This document shows, in pieces, positions 32,761 to 47,440 of a stretch of 64,000 nucleotides of DNA. Location of the stretch: contig JBNRSN020000089.1 of NCBI GenBank assembly GCA_051313645.2, positions 2,294,001-2,358,000 of the forward strand, read 5' to 3'. The notes beneath the pieces were generated by a model. That model was not told where the DNA came from and did no database searches. It saw only the letters and a list, made by a program, of their open reading frames with translations. Each line of letters opens with the position of its first letter. The first letter of the stretch is position 1. A program made the position numbers and the translations under genes. Origin of the DNA: Centroscyllium fabricii. Lineage: Eukaryota.

Positions 32761-35700
32761 ATCTGTGTACAATACATCAGACAATGTCCATCTGTGTACA
32801 ATAAATCAGACTATGTCCATCTGTGTACAATACATCAGACAATGTCCGTCTATGAACAATAAAGCAGACAATGTCCATCTTGTGTAAAATACATCAGACA
32901 ATGTCCATCTGTGTACAATACATCGGACAATGTCCAGCTGTGTACAATACATCAGACAATGTCCCTCTGTGTACAATAAATCAGACAATGTCCATCTGTG
33001 TACAATAAATCCGACAATATCCATCTGTGAACAATACTTCAGACAAAGTCCATCTATGAACAATACATCAGACAATGTCCATCTGTGTATCATACATCAG
33101 ACAATATCCATCTGTGAACAATTCATCAGAAAATATCAATCTGTGTACAATACATCAGACAATGTCCATCTGTGTACGATACATCAGACAATGTTCATCT
33201 CTGTACAACACATCAGACAATGTCCATCTGTGTACAATACATCAGACAATATCCATCTCTGAACAATACTTCAGACAATGTCCATCTGTGTACAATTCAT
33301 CAGACAATGTCTATCTGTGAACAATAATTCAGACAATGTCCATCTGTGTACAATACATCAGACAATGTCCATCTGTGAACAATACATCAGACAATGTCCA
33401 TCTGTGTACAATACATCAGACACTGTCCATCTTGTGTACAATACACCAGACAATGTCGATCTGTGAACAATACATCAGACAATATCCATCTGGGAACAAT
33501 ACTTCAGACAAAGTCCATCTATGAACAATACATCAGACAATGTCCACCTATGTGCAATACATCAGACAATATACATCTGTGAACAATACATCAAACAATA
33601 TCCATCTGTGTACACTACATCAGACAATATCCATCTGTGTACAATACTTCAGAGAATATCCATCTGTGTACAATACATCAGGAAATATCCATCTGTGAAC
33701 AATACATCAGACAATATCCACCTGTGTACAATACATCAGACAATATCAATCTGTGTACAATACATCAGACAATGTCCATCTGTGAACAATAAACCAGATA
33801 TTATCCATCTATGAACAATACATCAGACAATATCCATCTGTGAACAATACATCAGACAATGTCCCTCTGTGTACAATACATCAGACAATGTCCATCTTGT
33901 GTACAATACATCAGACAATGTCCATCTGTGTACAATACATCAGACAATGTCTATGTGTGAAAAATACATCAGACAATGTCCATCTGTGTACAATACATCA
34001 GACAATGTCCATCTTTGTACATTACATCAGACAATGTCCATCTTGTGTAGAATTGATCAGACAATGTCCTTCTGTGTACAATACATCAGACAATGTCCAG
34101 CTGTGTACAATACATCAGACAATGTCCCTCTGTGTACAATAAATCAGACAATGTCCATCTGTGTACAATACATCCGACAATATCCATCCGTGAACAATAC
34201 TTCAGACAAAGTCCTTCTATGAACAATATATCAGACAATGTCCATCTGTGTACCATAAATCAGACAATATCCATCTGTGTACAATACATCAGACAATATC
34301 CATCTGTGTACAATACATCAGACAATGTCCATCTGTGTACAATACATCAGACAATGTCCATCTGGGTACAATACATCAGACTATGTCCATCTTGTGTACA
34401 ATACATCAGACAATGTGCATCTGTGTACAATACATCAGACAATGTCCATCTGTGTACAATACATCAGACAATGTCCAGCTGTGTACAATAAATCAGACTA
34501 TGTCCACCTGTGTACAATACATCAGACAATGTCCATCTATGAACAATACAGCAGACAATGTCCATCTTGTGTACAATATATCAGACAATGTCCATCTGTG
34601 TACAATACATCAGACAATGTCCAGCTGTGTACAATATATCAGACAATGTCCCTCTGTGTACAATAAATCAGACAATGTCCATCTGTGTACAATACATCAG
34701 ACAATGTCCATCTGTGTACAATACATCAGACAATGTCCATCTTGTGTAGAATAGATCAGACAATGTCCATCTGTGTACAATATATCAGACAATGTCCAGC
34801 TGTGTACAATACATCAGACAATGTCCCTCTGTGTACAATAAATCAGACAATGTCCATCTGTGTACAATACATCCGACAATATCAATCCGTGAACAATACT
34901 TCAGACAAAGTCCATCTATGAACAATATATCAGACAATGTCCATCTGTGTACCATACATCAGACAATATCCATCTGTGTACAATACATCAGACAATATCC
35001 ATCTGTGTACAATACATCAGACAATGTCCATCTGTTTACAGTACATCAGAAAATATCCATCTGTGAACAATACATCAGACAATATCCATCTTTGTACAAT
35101 ACATCAGACAATATCCTTCTGTGTACAATACATCTGTCAATGTCCATCTGTGAACAATAAATCAGACATTATCCATCTATGAATAATACATCAGACAATG
35201 TCCATCTGTGAACAATACATCGGACAATGTCCCTCTGTGTACAATACATCAGACAGTGTCCATCTTGTGTACAATACATCAGACAATGTCCATCTGTGTA
35301 CAATACATCAGACAATGTCTATCTGTGAACAATACATCAGACAATATCCATCTGTGAACAACACATCAGACAATGTCCATCTGTGTACAATATATCAGAC
35401 AATGTCCAGCTGTGTACAATACATCAGACAATGTCCCTCTGTGTACAATAAATCAGACAATGTCCGTCTGTGTACAATGCATCCGACAATATCCATCTGT
35501 GAACAATACTTCAGACAAAGTCCATCTATGAACAATACATCAGACAATGTCCATCTGTGTACCATACATCAGACAATATCCATCTGTGTACAATACATCA
35601 GACAATATCCATCTGTGTACAATACATCAGACAATGTCCATCTGTTTACAATTCATCAGAAAATATCCATCTGTGAACAATACATCAGACAATATCCATC

Positions 35701-38700
35701 TTTGTACAATACATCAGACAATATCCTTCTGTGTACAATACATCAGTCAATGTCCATCTGTGAACAATAAATCAGACATTATCCATCTATGAACAATACA
35801 TCAGACAATGTCCATCTGTGAACAATACATCGGACAATGTCCCTCTGTGTACAATACATCAGACAGTGTCCATCTTGTGTACAATACATCAGACAATGTC
35901 CATCTGTGTACAATACATCAGACAATGTCTATCTGTGAACAATACATCAGACAATGTCCATCTGTGTACAATACATCAGACAATGTCCATCTGTGTACAA
36001 TACATCAGACAATGTACATCTTGTGTACAATACATCAGACAATGTCCATCTGTGTACAATACATCAGACAATGTCAATCTGTGTACAATACATCAGACAA
36101 TGTCCATCTGTGTACAATAAATCAGACTATGTCCCTCTTTGTACAATACATCAGACAATGTCCATCTGTGTACAATACATCAGACAATGTCCATCTGTGT
36201 ACAATACATCGGAAAATGTCCATCTGTGTACAATAAATCAGACTATGTCCATCTGTGTACAATACATCAGACAATGTCCGTCTATGAACAATAAAGCAGA
36301 CAATGCCCATCTTGTGTACAATACATCAGACAATGTCCATCTGTGTACAATACATCGGACAATGTCCAGCTGTGTACAATACATCAGACAATGTCCCTCT
36401 GTGTACAATAAATCAGACAATGTCCATCTGTGTACAATAAATCCGACAATATCCATCTGTGAACAATACTTCAGACAAAGTCCATCTATGAACAATACAT
36501 CAGACAATGTCCATCTGTGTATCATACATTAGACAATATCCATCTGTGAACAATTCATCAGAAAATATCAATCTGTGTACAATACATCAGACAATGTCCA
36601 TCTGTGTACGATACATCAGACAATGTTCATCTCTGTACAATACATCAGACAATGTCCATCTGTGTACAATACATCAGACAATATCCATCTATGAACAATA
36701 CTTCAGACAATGTCCATCTGTGTACAATACATCAGACAATGTCTATCTGTGAACAATAACTCAGACAATGTCCATCTGTGTACAATACATCAGACAATGT
36801 CCATCTGTGAACAATACATCAGACAATGTCCATCTGTGTACAATACATCAGACAATGTCCATCTTGTGTACAATACTCCAGACAATGTCGATCTGTGAAC
36901 AATACATCAGACAATATCCATCTGGGAACAATACTTCAGACAAAGTCCATCTATGAACAATACATCAGACAATGTCCACCTATGTGCAATACATCAGACA
37001 ATATACATCTGTGAACAATACATCAAACAATATCCATCTGTGTACACTACATCAGACAATATCCATCTGTGTACAATACATCAGAGAATTTACATATGTG
37101 TACAATACATCAGGAAATATCCATCTGTGAACAATACATCAGACAATATCCACCTGTGTACAATACATCAGACAATATCAATCTGTGTACAATACATCAG
37201 ACAATGTCCATCTGTGAGCAATAAACCAGACATTATCCATCTATGAACAATACATCAGACAATATCCATCTGTGAACAATACATCAGACAATGTCCCTCT
37301 GTGTACAATACATCAGACAATGTCCATCTTGTGTACAATACATCAGACAATGTCCATCTGTGTACAATACATCAGACAATGTCTATGTGTGAAAAATACA
37401 TCAGACAATGTCCATCTGTGTACAATACATCAGACAATGTCCATCTTTGTACAATACATCAGACAATGTCCATCTTGTGTAGAATTGATCAGACAATGTC
37501 CATCTGTGTACAATACATCAGACAATGTCCAGCTGTGTACAATACATCAGACAATGTCCCTCTGTGTACAATAAATCAGACAATGTCCATCTGTGTACAA
37601 TACATCCGACAATATCCATCCGTGAACAATACTTCAGACAAAGTCCATCTATGAACAATATATCAGACAATGTCCATCTGTGTACCATAAATCAGACAAT
37701 ATCCATCTGTGTACAATACATCAGACAATATCCATCTGTGTACAATACATCAGACAATGTCCATCTGTGTACAATACATCAGACAATGTCCATCTGTGTA
37801 CAATACATCAGACTATGTCCATCTTGTGTACAATACATCAGACAATGTGCATCTGTGTACAATACATCAGACAATGTCCATCTGTGTACAATACATCAGA
37901 CAATGTCCAGCTGTGTACAATAAATCAGACTATGTCCACCTGTGTACAATACATCAGACAATGTCCATCTATGAACAATACAGCAGACAATGTCCATCTT
38001 GTGTACAATACATCAGACAATGTCCATCTGTGTACAATACATCAGACAATGTCCAGCTGTGTACAATATATCAGACAATGTCCCTCTGTGTACAATAAAT
38101 CAGACAATGTCCATCTGTGTACAATAAATCCGACAATATCCATCTGTGAACAATATTTCAGACAAAGTCCATCTATGAACAATACATCAGACAATGTCCA
38201 TCTGTGTATTATACATCAGACAATATACATCTGTGAACAATTCATCAGAAAATATCAATCTGTGTACAATATATCAGACAATGTCCATCTGTGTACGATA
38301 CATCAGACAATGTTCATCTCTGTACAACATATCAGACAATGTCCATCTGTGTACAATACATCAGACAATATCCATCTATGAACAATACTTCAGACAATGT
38401 CCATCTGTGTACAATACATCAGACAATGTCCATCTGTGAACAATACATCAGACAATATCCATCTGTGAACAATACTTCAGACAAAGTCCATCTATGAACA
38501 ATACATCAGACAATGTCCACCTGTGTACAATACATCAGACAATATACATCTGTGAACAATACATCAAACAATATCCATCTGTGTACACTACATCAGACAA
38601 TATCCATCTGTGTACAATACATCAGACAATGTCCATCTGTGTACAATACATCAGGAAATATCCATCTGTGAACAATACATCAGACAATATCCACCTGTGT

Positions 38701-41700
38701 ACAATACATCAGACAATATCAATCTGTGTACAATACATCAGACAATGTCCATCTGTGAACAATAAACCAGACATTATCCATCTATGAACAATACATCAGA
38801 CAATATCCATCTGTGAACAATACATCAGACAATGTCCCTCTATGTACAATACATCAGACAATGTCCATCTTTTGTACACTACATCAGACAATGTCCATCT
38901 GTGTACAATACATCAGACAATGTCTATCAGTGAAAAATACATCAGACAATGTCCATCTGTGTAGAATACTTCAGACAATGTCCATCTGTGTACAATACAT
39001 CAGACAATGTCCATCTTGTGTAGAATAGATCAGACAATGTCCATCTGTGTTCAATACATCAGACAATGTCCCTGTGTGTACAATAATTCAGACAATGTCC
39101 ATCTGTGTACAATACATCCGACAATATCCATCCGTGAACAATACTTCAGACAAAGTCAATCTATGAACAATATATCAGACAATGTCCATCTGTGTACCAT
39201 ATATCAGACAATATCTATCTGTGTACAATACATCAGACAATATCCATCTGTGTACAATACATCAGACAATGTCCATCTGTTTACAGTACATCAGAAAATA
39301 TCCATCTGTGAACAATACATCAGACAATATCCATCTTTGTACAATACATCAGACAATATCCTTCTGTGTACAATACTTCTATCAATGTCCTTCTGTGAAC
39401 AATAAATCAGACATTATCCATCTATGAACAATACATCAGACAATGTCCATCTGTGAACAATACATCGGACAATGTCCCTCTGTGTACAATACATCAGACA
39501 GTGTCCATCTTGTGTACAATACATCAGACAATGTCCATTTGTGTACAATACATCAGACAATGTCTATCTGTGAACAATACTTCAGACAATATCCATCTGT
39601 GAACAACACATCAGACAATGTCCATCTGTGTACAATATATCAGACAATGTCCAGCTGTGTACAATACATCAGACAATGTCCCTCATTGTACAATAAATCA
39701 GACAATGTCCGTCTGTGTACAATATATCCGACAATATGCATCTGTGAACAATACTTCAGACAAAGTCCATCTATGAACAATATATCAGACAATGTCCATC
39801 TGGGTACCATACATCAGACAATATGCATCTGTGTACAATACATCAGACAATATCCATCTGTGTACAATACATCAGACAATGTCCATCTGTTTACAATTCA
39901 TCAGAAAATATCCATCTGTGAACAATACATCAGACAATATCCATCTTTGCACAATACATCAGACAATATCCTTCTGTGTACAATACATCAGACAGTGTCC
40001 ATCTTGTGTACAATACATCAGACAATGTCCATCTGTGTACAATACATCAGACAATGTCTATCTGTGAACAATACATCAGACAATATCCATCTGTGAACAA
40101 TACATCAGACAATGTCCATCTGTGTACAATACATCAGACAATGTCCAGCTGTGTACAATACATCAGGCAATGTCCCTCTGTGTACAATAAATCAGACAAT
40201 GTCCATCTGTGTACAATACATCCGACAATATCCATCTGTGAACAATACTTCAGACAAAGTCCATCTATGAACAATATATCAGACAATGTCCATCTGTGTA
40301 CCATACATCATACAATATCCATCTGTGTACAATACATCAGACTATATCCTTCTGTGTACAATATATCAGTCAATGTCCATCTGTGAACAATAAATCAGAC
40401 ATTATCCATCTATGAACAATACATCAGACAATGTCCATCTGTGAACAATACATCGGACAATGTCCCTCTGTTTACAATACATCAGACAGTGTCCATCTTG
40501 TGTACAATACATCAGACAATGTCCATCTGTGTACAATACATCAGACAATGTCTATCTGTGAACAATACATCAGACAATGTCCATCTGTGTACAATACATC
40601 AGACAATGTCCATCTGTGTACAATACATCAGAAAATGTCCATCTTGTGTACAATACATCAGACAATGTCCATCTGTGTACAATACATCAGACAATGTCCA
40701 TCTGTGTACAATATATCAGACAATGTCCATCTGGGTACAATAAATCAGACAATGTCCATCTGTGTACAATACATCAGAAAATGTCCATCTATGAACAATA
40801 AAGCAGACAATGTCCATCTTGTGTACAATACATCAGACAATGTCCATCTGTGTACAATACATCAGAAAATGTCCAGCTGTGTACAATACATCAGACAATG
40901 TCCCTCTGTGTACAATAAATCAGACAATGTCCATCTGTGTACAATAAATCCGACAATATCCATCTGTGAACAATACTTCAGACAAAGTCCATCTATGAAC
41001 AATACATCAGACAATGTCCATCTGTGTATCATACATCAGACAATATCCATCTGTGAACAATTCATCAGAAAATATCAATCTGTGTACAATACATCAGACA
41101 ATGTCCATCTGTGTACGATACACCAGACAATGTTCATCTCTGTACAACACATCAGACAATGTCCATCTGTGTACAATACATCAGACAATATCCATCTATG
41201 AACAATACTTCAGAAAATGTCCATCTGTGTACAATACATCAGACAATGTCTATCTGTGAACAATACTTCAGACAATGTCCATCTGTGTACAATACATCAG
41301 ACAATGTCCATCTGTGAACAATACATCAGACAATGTCCATCTGTGTACAATACATCAGACACTGTCCATCTTGTGTACAATACATTAGACAATGTCGATC
41401 TGTGAACAATGCATCAGACAATATCCATCTGTGAACAAAACTTCAGACAAAGTCCATCTATGAACAATACATCAGACAATGTCAACCTGTGTGCAATACT
41501 TCAGACAATATACATCTGTGAACAATACATCAAACAATATCCATCTGTGTACACTACATCAGACAATATCCATCTGTGTACAATACATCAGACAATGTCC
41601 ATCTGTGTACAATACATCAGGAAATATCCATCAGTGAACAATACATCAGACAATATCCACCTGTGTACAATACATCAGACAATATCAATCTGTGTACAAT

Positions 41701-44050
41701 ACATCAGACAATGTCCATCTGTGAACAATTAACCAGATATTATCCATCTATGAACAATACATCAGACAATATCCATCTGTGAACAATACATCAGACAATA
41801 TCCCTCTATGTACAATACATCAGACAATGTCCATCTTGTGTACAATACATCAGACAATGTCCATCTGTGTACAATACATCAGACAATGTCTATCTGTGAA
41901 AAATACATCAGACAATGTCCATCTGTGTACAATACATCAGACAATGTCCATCTGTGTACAATACATCAGACAATGTCCATCTTGTGTAGAATAGATCAGA
42001 CAATGTCCATCTGTGTACAATATATCAGACAATGTCCAGCTGTGTACAATACATCAGACAATGTCCCTCTGTGTACAATAAAACAGACAATGTCCATCTG
42101 TGTACAATACATCCGACAATATCAATCCGTGAACAATACTTCAGACAAAGTCCATCTATGAACAATATATCAGACAATGTCCATCTGTGTGCCATACATC
42201 AGACAATATCCATCTGTGTACAATACATCAGACAATATCCATCTGTGTACAATACATCAGACAATGTCCATCTGTTTACAGTACATCAGAAAATATCCAT
42301 CTGTGAACAATACATCAGACAATATCCATCTTTGTACAATACATCAGACAATATCCCTCTGTGTACAATACATCTGTCAATGTCCATCTGTGAACAATAA
42401 ATCAGACATTATCCATCTATGAATAATACATCAGACAATGTCCATCTGTGAACAATACATCGGACAATGTCCCTCTGTGTACAATACATCAGACAGTGTC
42501 CATCATGTGTACAATACATCAGACAATGTCCATCTGTGTACAATACATCAGACAATGTCTATCTGTGAACAATACATCAGACAATATCCATCTGTGAACA
42601 ACACATCAGACAATGTCCATCTGTGTACAATATATCAGACAATGTTCAGCTGTGTACAATACATCAGACAATGTCCCTCTGTGTACAATAAATCAGACAA
42701 TGTCCGTCTGTGTACAATGCATCCGACAATATCCATCTGTGAACAATACTTCAGACAAAGTCCATCTATGAACAATATATCAGACAATGTCCATCTGTGT
42801 ACCATACATCAGACAATATCCATCTGTGTACAATACATCAGACAATATCCATCTGTGTGCAATACATCAGACAATGTCCATCTGTTTACAATTCATCAGA
42901 AAATATCCATCTGTGAACAATACATCAGACAATATCCATCTTTGTACAATAGATCAGACAATATCCTTCTGTGTACAATACATCAGTCAATGTCCATCTG
43001 TGAACAATAAATCAGACATTATCCATCTATGAACAATACATCAGACAATGTCCATCTGTGAACAATACATCGGACAATGTCCCTCTGTGTACAATACATC
43101 AGACAGTGTCCATCTTGTGTACAATACATCAGACAATGTCCATCTGTGTACAATACATCAGACAATGTCTATCTGTGAACAATACATCAGACAATGTCCA
43201 TCTGTGTACAATACATCAGACAATGTCCATCTGTGTACAATACATCAGACAATGTCCATCTTGTGTACAATACATCAGACAATGTTCATCTGTGTACAAT
43301 ACATCAGACAATGTCAATCTGTGTACAATACATCAGACAATGTCCATCTGTGTACAATAAATCAGACTATGTCCCTCTGTGTACAATACATCAGACAATG
43401 TCCATCTGTGTACAATACATCAGACAATGTCCATCTGTGTACAATACATCAGACAATGTCCATCTGTGTACAATAAATCAGACTATGTCCATCTGTGTAC
43501 AATACATCAGACAATGTCCATCTATGAACAATAAAGCAGACAATGTCCATCTTGTGTACAATACATCAGACAATGTCCATCTGTGTACAATACATCGGAC
43601 AATGTCCAGCTGTGTACAATACATCAGACAATGTCCCTCTGTGTACAATAAATCAGACAATGTCCATCTGTGTACAATAAATCCGAAAATATCCATCTGT
43701 GAACAATACTTCAGACAAAGTCCATCTATGAACAATACATCAGACAATGTCCATCTGTGTATCATACATCAGACAGTATCCATCTGTGAACAATTCATCA
43801 GAAAATATCAATCTGTGTACAATACATCAGACAATGTCCATCTGTGTACGATACATCAGACAATGTTCATCTCTGTACAACACATCAGACAATGTCCATC
43901 TGTGTACAATACATCAGACAATATCCATCTATGAACAATACTTCAGACAATGTCCATCTGTGTACAATACATCAGACAATGTCTATCTGTGAACAATAAT
44001 TCAGACAATGTCCATCGGTGTACAATACATCAGACAATGTCCATCTGTGA
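27300..44050 (+). repeat. Dispersed block repeat, offset 10788 then 10672 bp (~27.3-33.4 kb vs ~38.1-44.05 kb)
   Basis: ORF pairs 27406/38194, 28025/38813 and 28655/39443 are offset by 10788, and 29759/40431, 31107/41779, 32376/43048 and 33075/43747 by 10672. The 116-bp step equals exactly 4 monomers. Confidence 0.8.
31250..38110 (+). repeat. Tandem block duplication, offset 3432 bp (junction ~34680)
   Basis: ORF pairs 31360/34792, 32376/35808, 32806/36238, 33840/37272 and 34277/37709. Markers TCTGGGAACA (~33490/36922), CACCTATGTGC (~33545/36977) and CTATGTGTGAAAAA (~33951/37383). Confidence 0.92.
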
Positions 44051-47000
44051 ACAATACATCAGACAATGTCCATCTGTGTACAATATATCAGACAATGTCC
44101 ATCTGGGTACAATAAATCAGACTATGTCCATCTGTGTACAATACATCAGAAAATGTCCATCTATGAACAATAAAGCAGACAATGTCCATCTTGTGTACAA
44201 TACATCAGACAATGTCCATCTGTGTACAATACATCAGACAATGTCCAGCTGTGTACAATACATCAGACAATGTCCCTCTGTGTACAATAAATCAGACAAT
44301 GTCCATCTGTGTACAATAAATCCGACAATATCCATCTGTGAACAATACTTCAGACAAAGTCCATCTATGAACAATACATCAGACAATGTCCATCTGTGTA
44401 TCATACATCAGACAATATCCATCTGTGAACAATTCATCAGAAAATATCAATCTGTGTACAATACATCAGACAATGTCCATCTGTGTACGATACACCAGAC
44501 AATGTTCATCTCTGTACAACACATCAGACAATGTCCATCTGTGTACAATACATCAGACAATATCCATATATGAACAATACTTCAGAAAATGTCCATCTGT
44601 GTACAATACATCAGACAATGTCTATCTGTGAACAATACTTCAGACAATGTCCATCTGTGTACAATACATCAGACAATGTCCATCTGTGAACAATACATCA
44701 GACAATGTCCATCTGTGTACAATACATCAGACACTGTCCATCTTGTGTACAATACATTAGACAATGTCGATCTGTGAACAATGCATCAGACAATATCCAT
44801 CTGTGAACAAAACTTCAGACAAAGTCCATCTATGAACAATACATCAGACAATGTCAACCTGTGTGCAATACTTCAGACAATATACATCTGTGAACAATAC
44901 ATCAAACAATATCCATCTGTGTACACTACATCAGACAATATCCATCTGTGTACAATACATCAGACAATGTCCATCTGTGTACAATACATCAGGAAATATC
45001 CATCAGTGAACAATACATCAGACAATATCCACCTGTGTACAATACATCAGACAATATCAATCTGTGTACAATACATCAGACAATGTCCATCTGTGAACAA
45101 TTAACCAGATATTATCCATCTATGAACAATACATCAGACAATATCCATCTGTGAACAATACATCAGACAATATCCCTCTATGTACAATACATCAGACAAT
45201 GTCCATCTTGTGTACAATACATCAGACAATGTCCATCTGTGTACAATACATCAGACAATGTCTATCTGTGAAAAATACATCAGACAATGTCCATCTGTGT
45301 ACAATACATCAGACAATGTCCATCTGTGTACAATACATCAGACAATGTCCATCTTGTGTAGAATAGATCAGACAATGTCCATCTGTGTACAATATATCAG
45401 ACAATGTCCAGCTGTGTACAATACATCAGACAATGTCCCTCTGTGTACAATAAAACAGACAATGTCCATCTGTGTACAATACATCCGACAATATCAATCC
45501 GTGAACAATACTTCAGACAAAGTCCATCTATGAACAATATATCAGACAATGTCCATCTGTGTGCCATACATCAGACAATATCCATCTGTGTACAATACAT
45601 CAGACAATATCCATCTGTGTACAATACATCAGACAATGTCCATCTGTTTACAGTACATCAGAAAATATCCATCTGTGAACAATACATCAGACAATATCCA
45701 TCTTTGTACAATACATCAGACAATATCCTTCTGTGTACAATACATCTGTCAATGTCCATCTGTGAACAATAAATCAGACATTATCCATCTATGAATAATA
45801 CAACAGACAATGTCCATCTGTGAACAATACATCGGACAATGTCCCTCTGTGTACAATACATCAGACAGTGTCCATCATGTGTACAATACATCAGACAATG
45901 TCCATCTGTGTACAATACATCAGACAATGTCTATCTGTGAACAATACATCAGACAATATCCATCTGTGAACAACACATCAGACAATGTCCATCTGTGTAC
46001 AATATATCAGACAATGTTCAGCTGTGTACAATACATCAGACAATGTCCCTCTGTGTACAATAAATCAGACAATGTCCGTCTGTGTACAATGCATCCGACA
46101 ATATCCATCTGTGAACAATACTTCAGACAAAGTCCATCTATGAACAATATATCAGACAATGTCCATCTGTGTACCATACATCAGACAATATCCATCTGTG
46201 TACAATACATCAGACAATATCCATCTGTGTGCAATACATCAGACAATGTCCATCTGTTTACAATTCATCAGAAAATATCCATCTGTGAACAATACATCAG
46301 ACAATATCCATCTTTGTACAATAGATCAGACAATATCCTTCTGTGTACAATACATCAGTCAATGTCCATCTGTGAACAATAAATCAGACATTATCCATCT
46401 ATGAACAATACATCAGACAATGTCCATCTGTGAACAATACATCGGACAATGTCCCTCTGTGTACAATACATCAGACAGTGTCCATCTTGTGTACAATACA
46501 TCAGACAATGTCCATCTGTGTACAATACATCAGACAATGTCTATCTGTGAACAATACATCAGACAATGTCCATCTGTGTACAATACATCAGACAATGTCC
46601 ATCTGTGTACAATACATCAGACAATGTCCATCTTGTGTACAATACATCAGACAATGTTCATCTGTGTACAATACATCAGACAATGTCAATCTGTGTACAA
46701 TACATCAGACAATGTCCATCTGTGTACAATAAATCAGACTATGTCCCTCTGTGTACAATACATCAGACAATGTCCATCTGTGTACAATACATCAGACAAT
46801 GTCCATCTGTGTACAATACATCAGACAATGTCCATCTGTGTACAATAAATCAGACTATGTCCATCTGTGTACAATACATCAGACAATGTCCATCTATGAA
46901 CAATAAAGCAGACAATGTCCATCTTGTGTACAATACATCAGACAATGTCCATCTGTGTACAATACATCGGACAATGTCCAGCTGTGTACAATACATCAGA

Positions 47001-47440
47001 CAATGTCCCTCTGTGTACAATAAATCAGACAATGTCCATCTGTGTACAATAAATCCGAAAATATCCATCTGTGAACAATACTTCAGACAAAGTCCATCTA
47101 TGAACAATACATCAGACAATGTCCATCTGTGTATCATACATCAGACAGTATCCATCTGTGAACAATTCATCAGAAAATATCAATCTGTGTACAATACATC
47201 AGACAATGTCCATCTGTGTACGATACATCAGACAATGTTCATCTCTGTACAACACATCAGACAATGTCCATCTGTGTACAATACATCAGACAATATCCAT
47301 CTATGAACAATACTTCAGACAATGTCCATCTGTGTACAATACATCAGACAATGTCTATCTGTGAACAATAATTCAGACAATGTCCATCGGTGTACAATAC
47401 ATCAGACAATGTCCATCTGTGAACAATACATCAGACAATG
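40690..47440 (+). repeat. Near-identical tandem block duplication, offset 3372 bp (junction ~44060)
   Basis: ORF pairs 41014/44386, 41409/44781, 42438/45810, 43194/46566 and 43950/47322, several with identical translations. Markers CTGGGTAC (40731/44103), GTCAACCTG (41481/44853), TAAAACAG (~42079/45451) and CCATCGGTG (~44012/47384). Confidence 0.95.

Noticed and set aside
7921-38860. Offset of exactly 30,000 bp between ~7.9-8.86 kb and ~37.9-38.86 kb, suggesting an artificial copy
   Set aside because: The segments differ at multiple sites (e.g. ~7939, ~8068, ~8210, ~8400, ~8662), and further homologues lie at 14.8, 19.0 and 27.3 kb. The round number is most likely coincidence.
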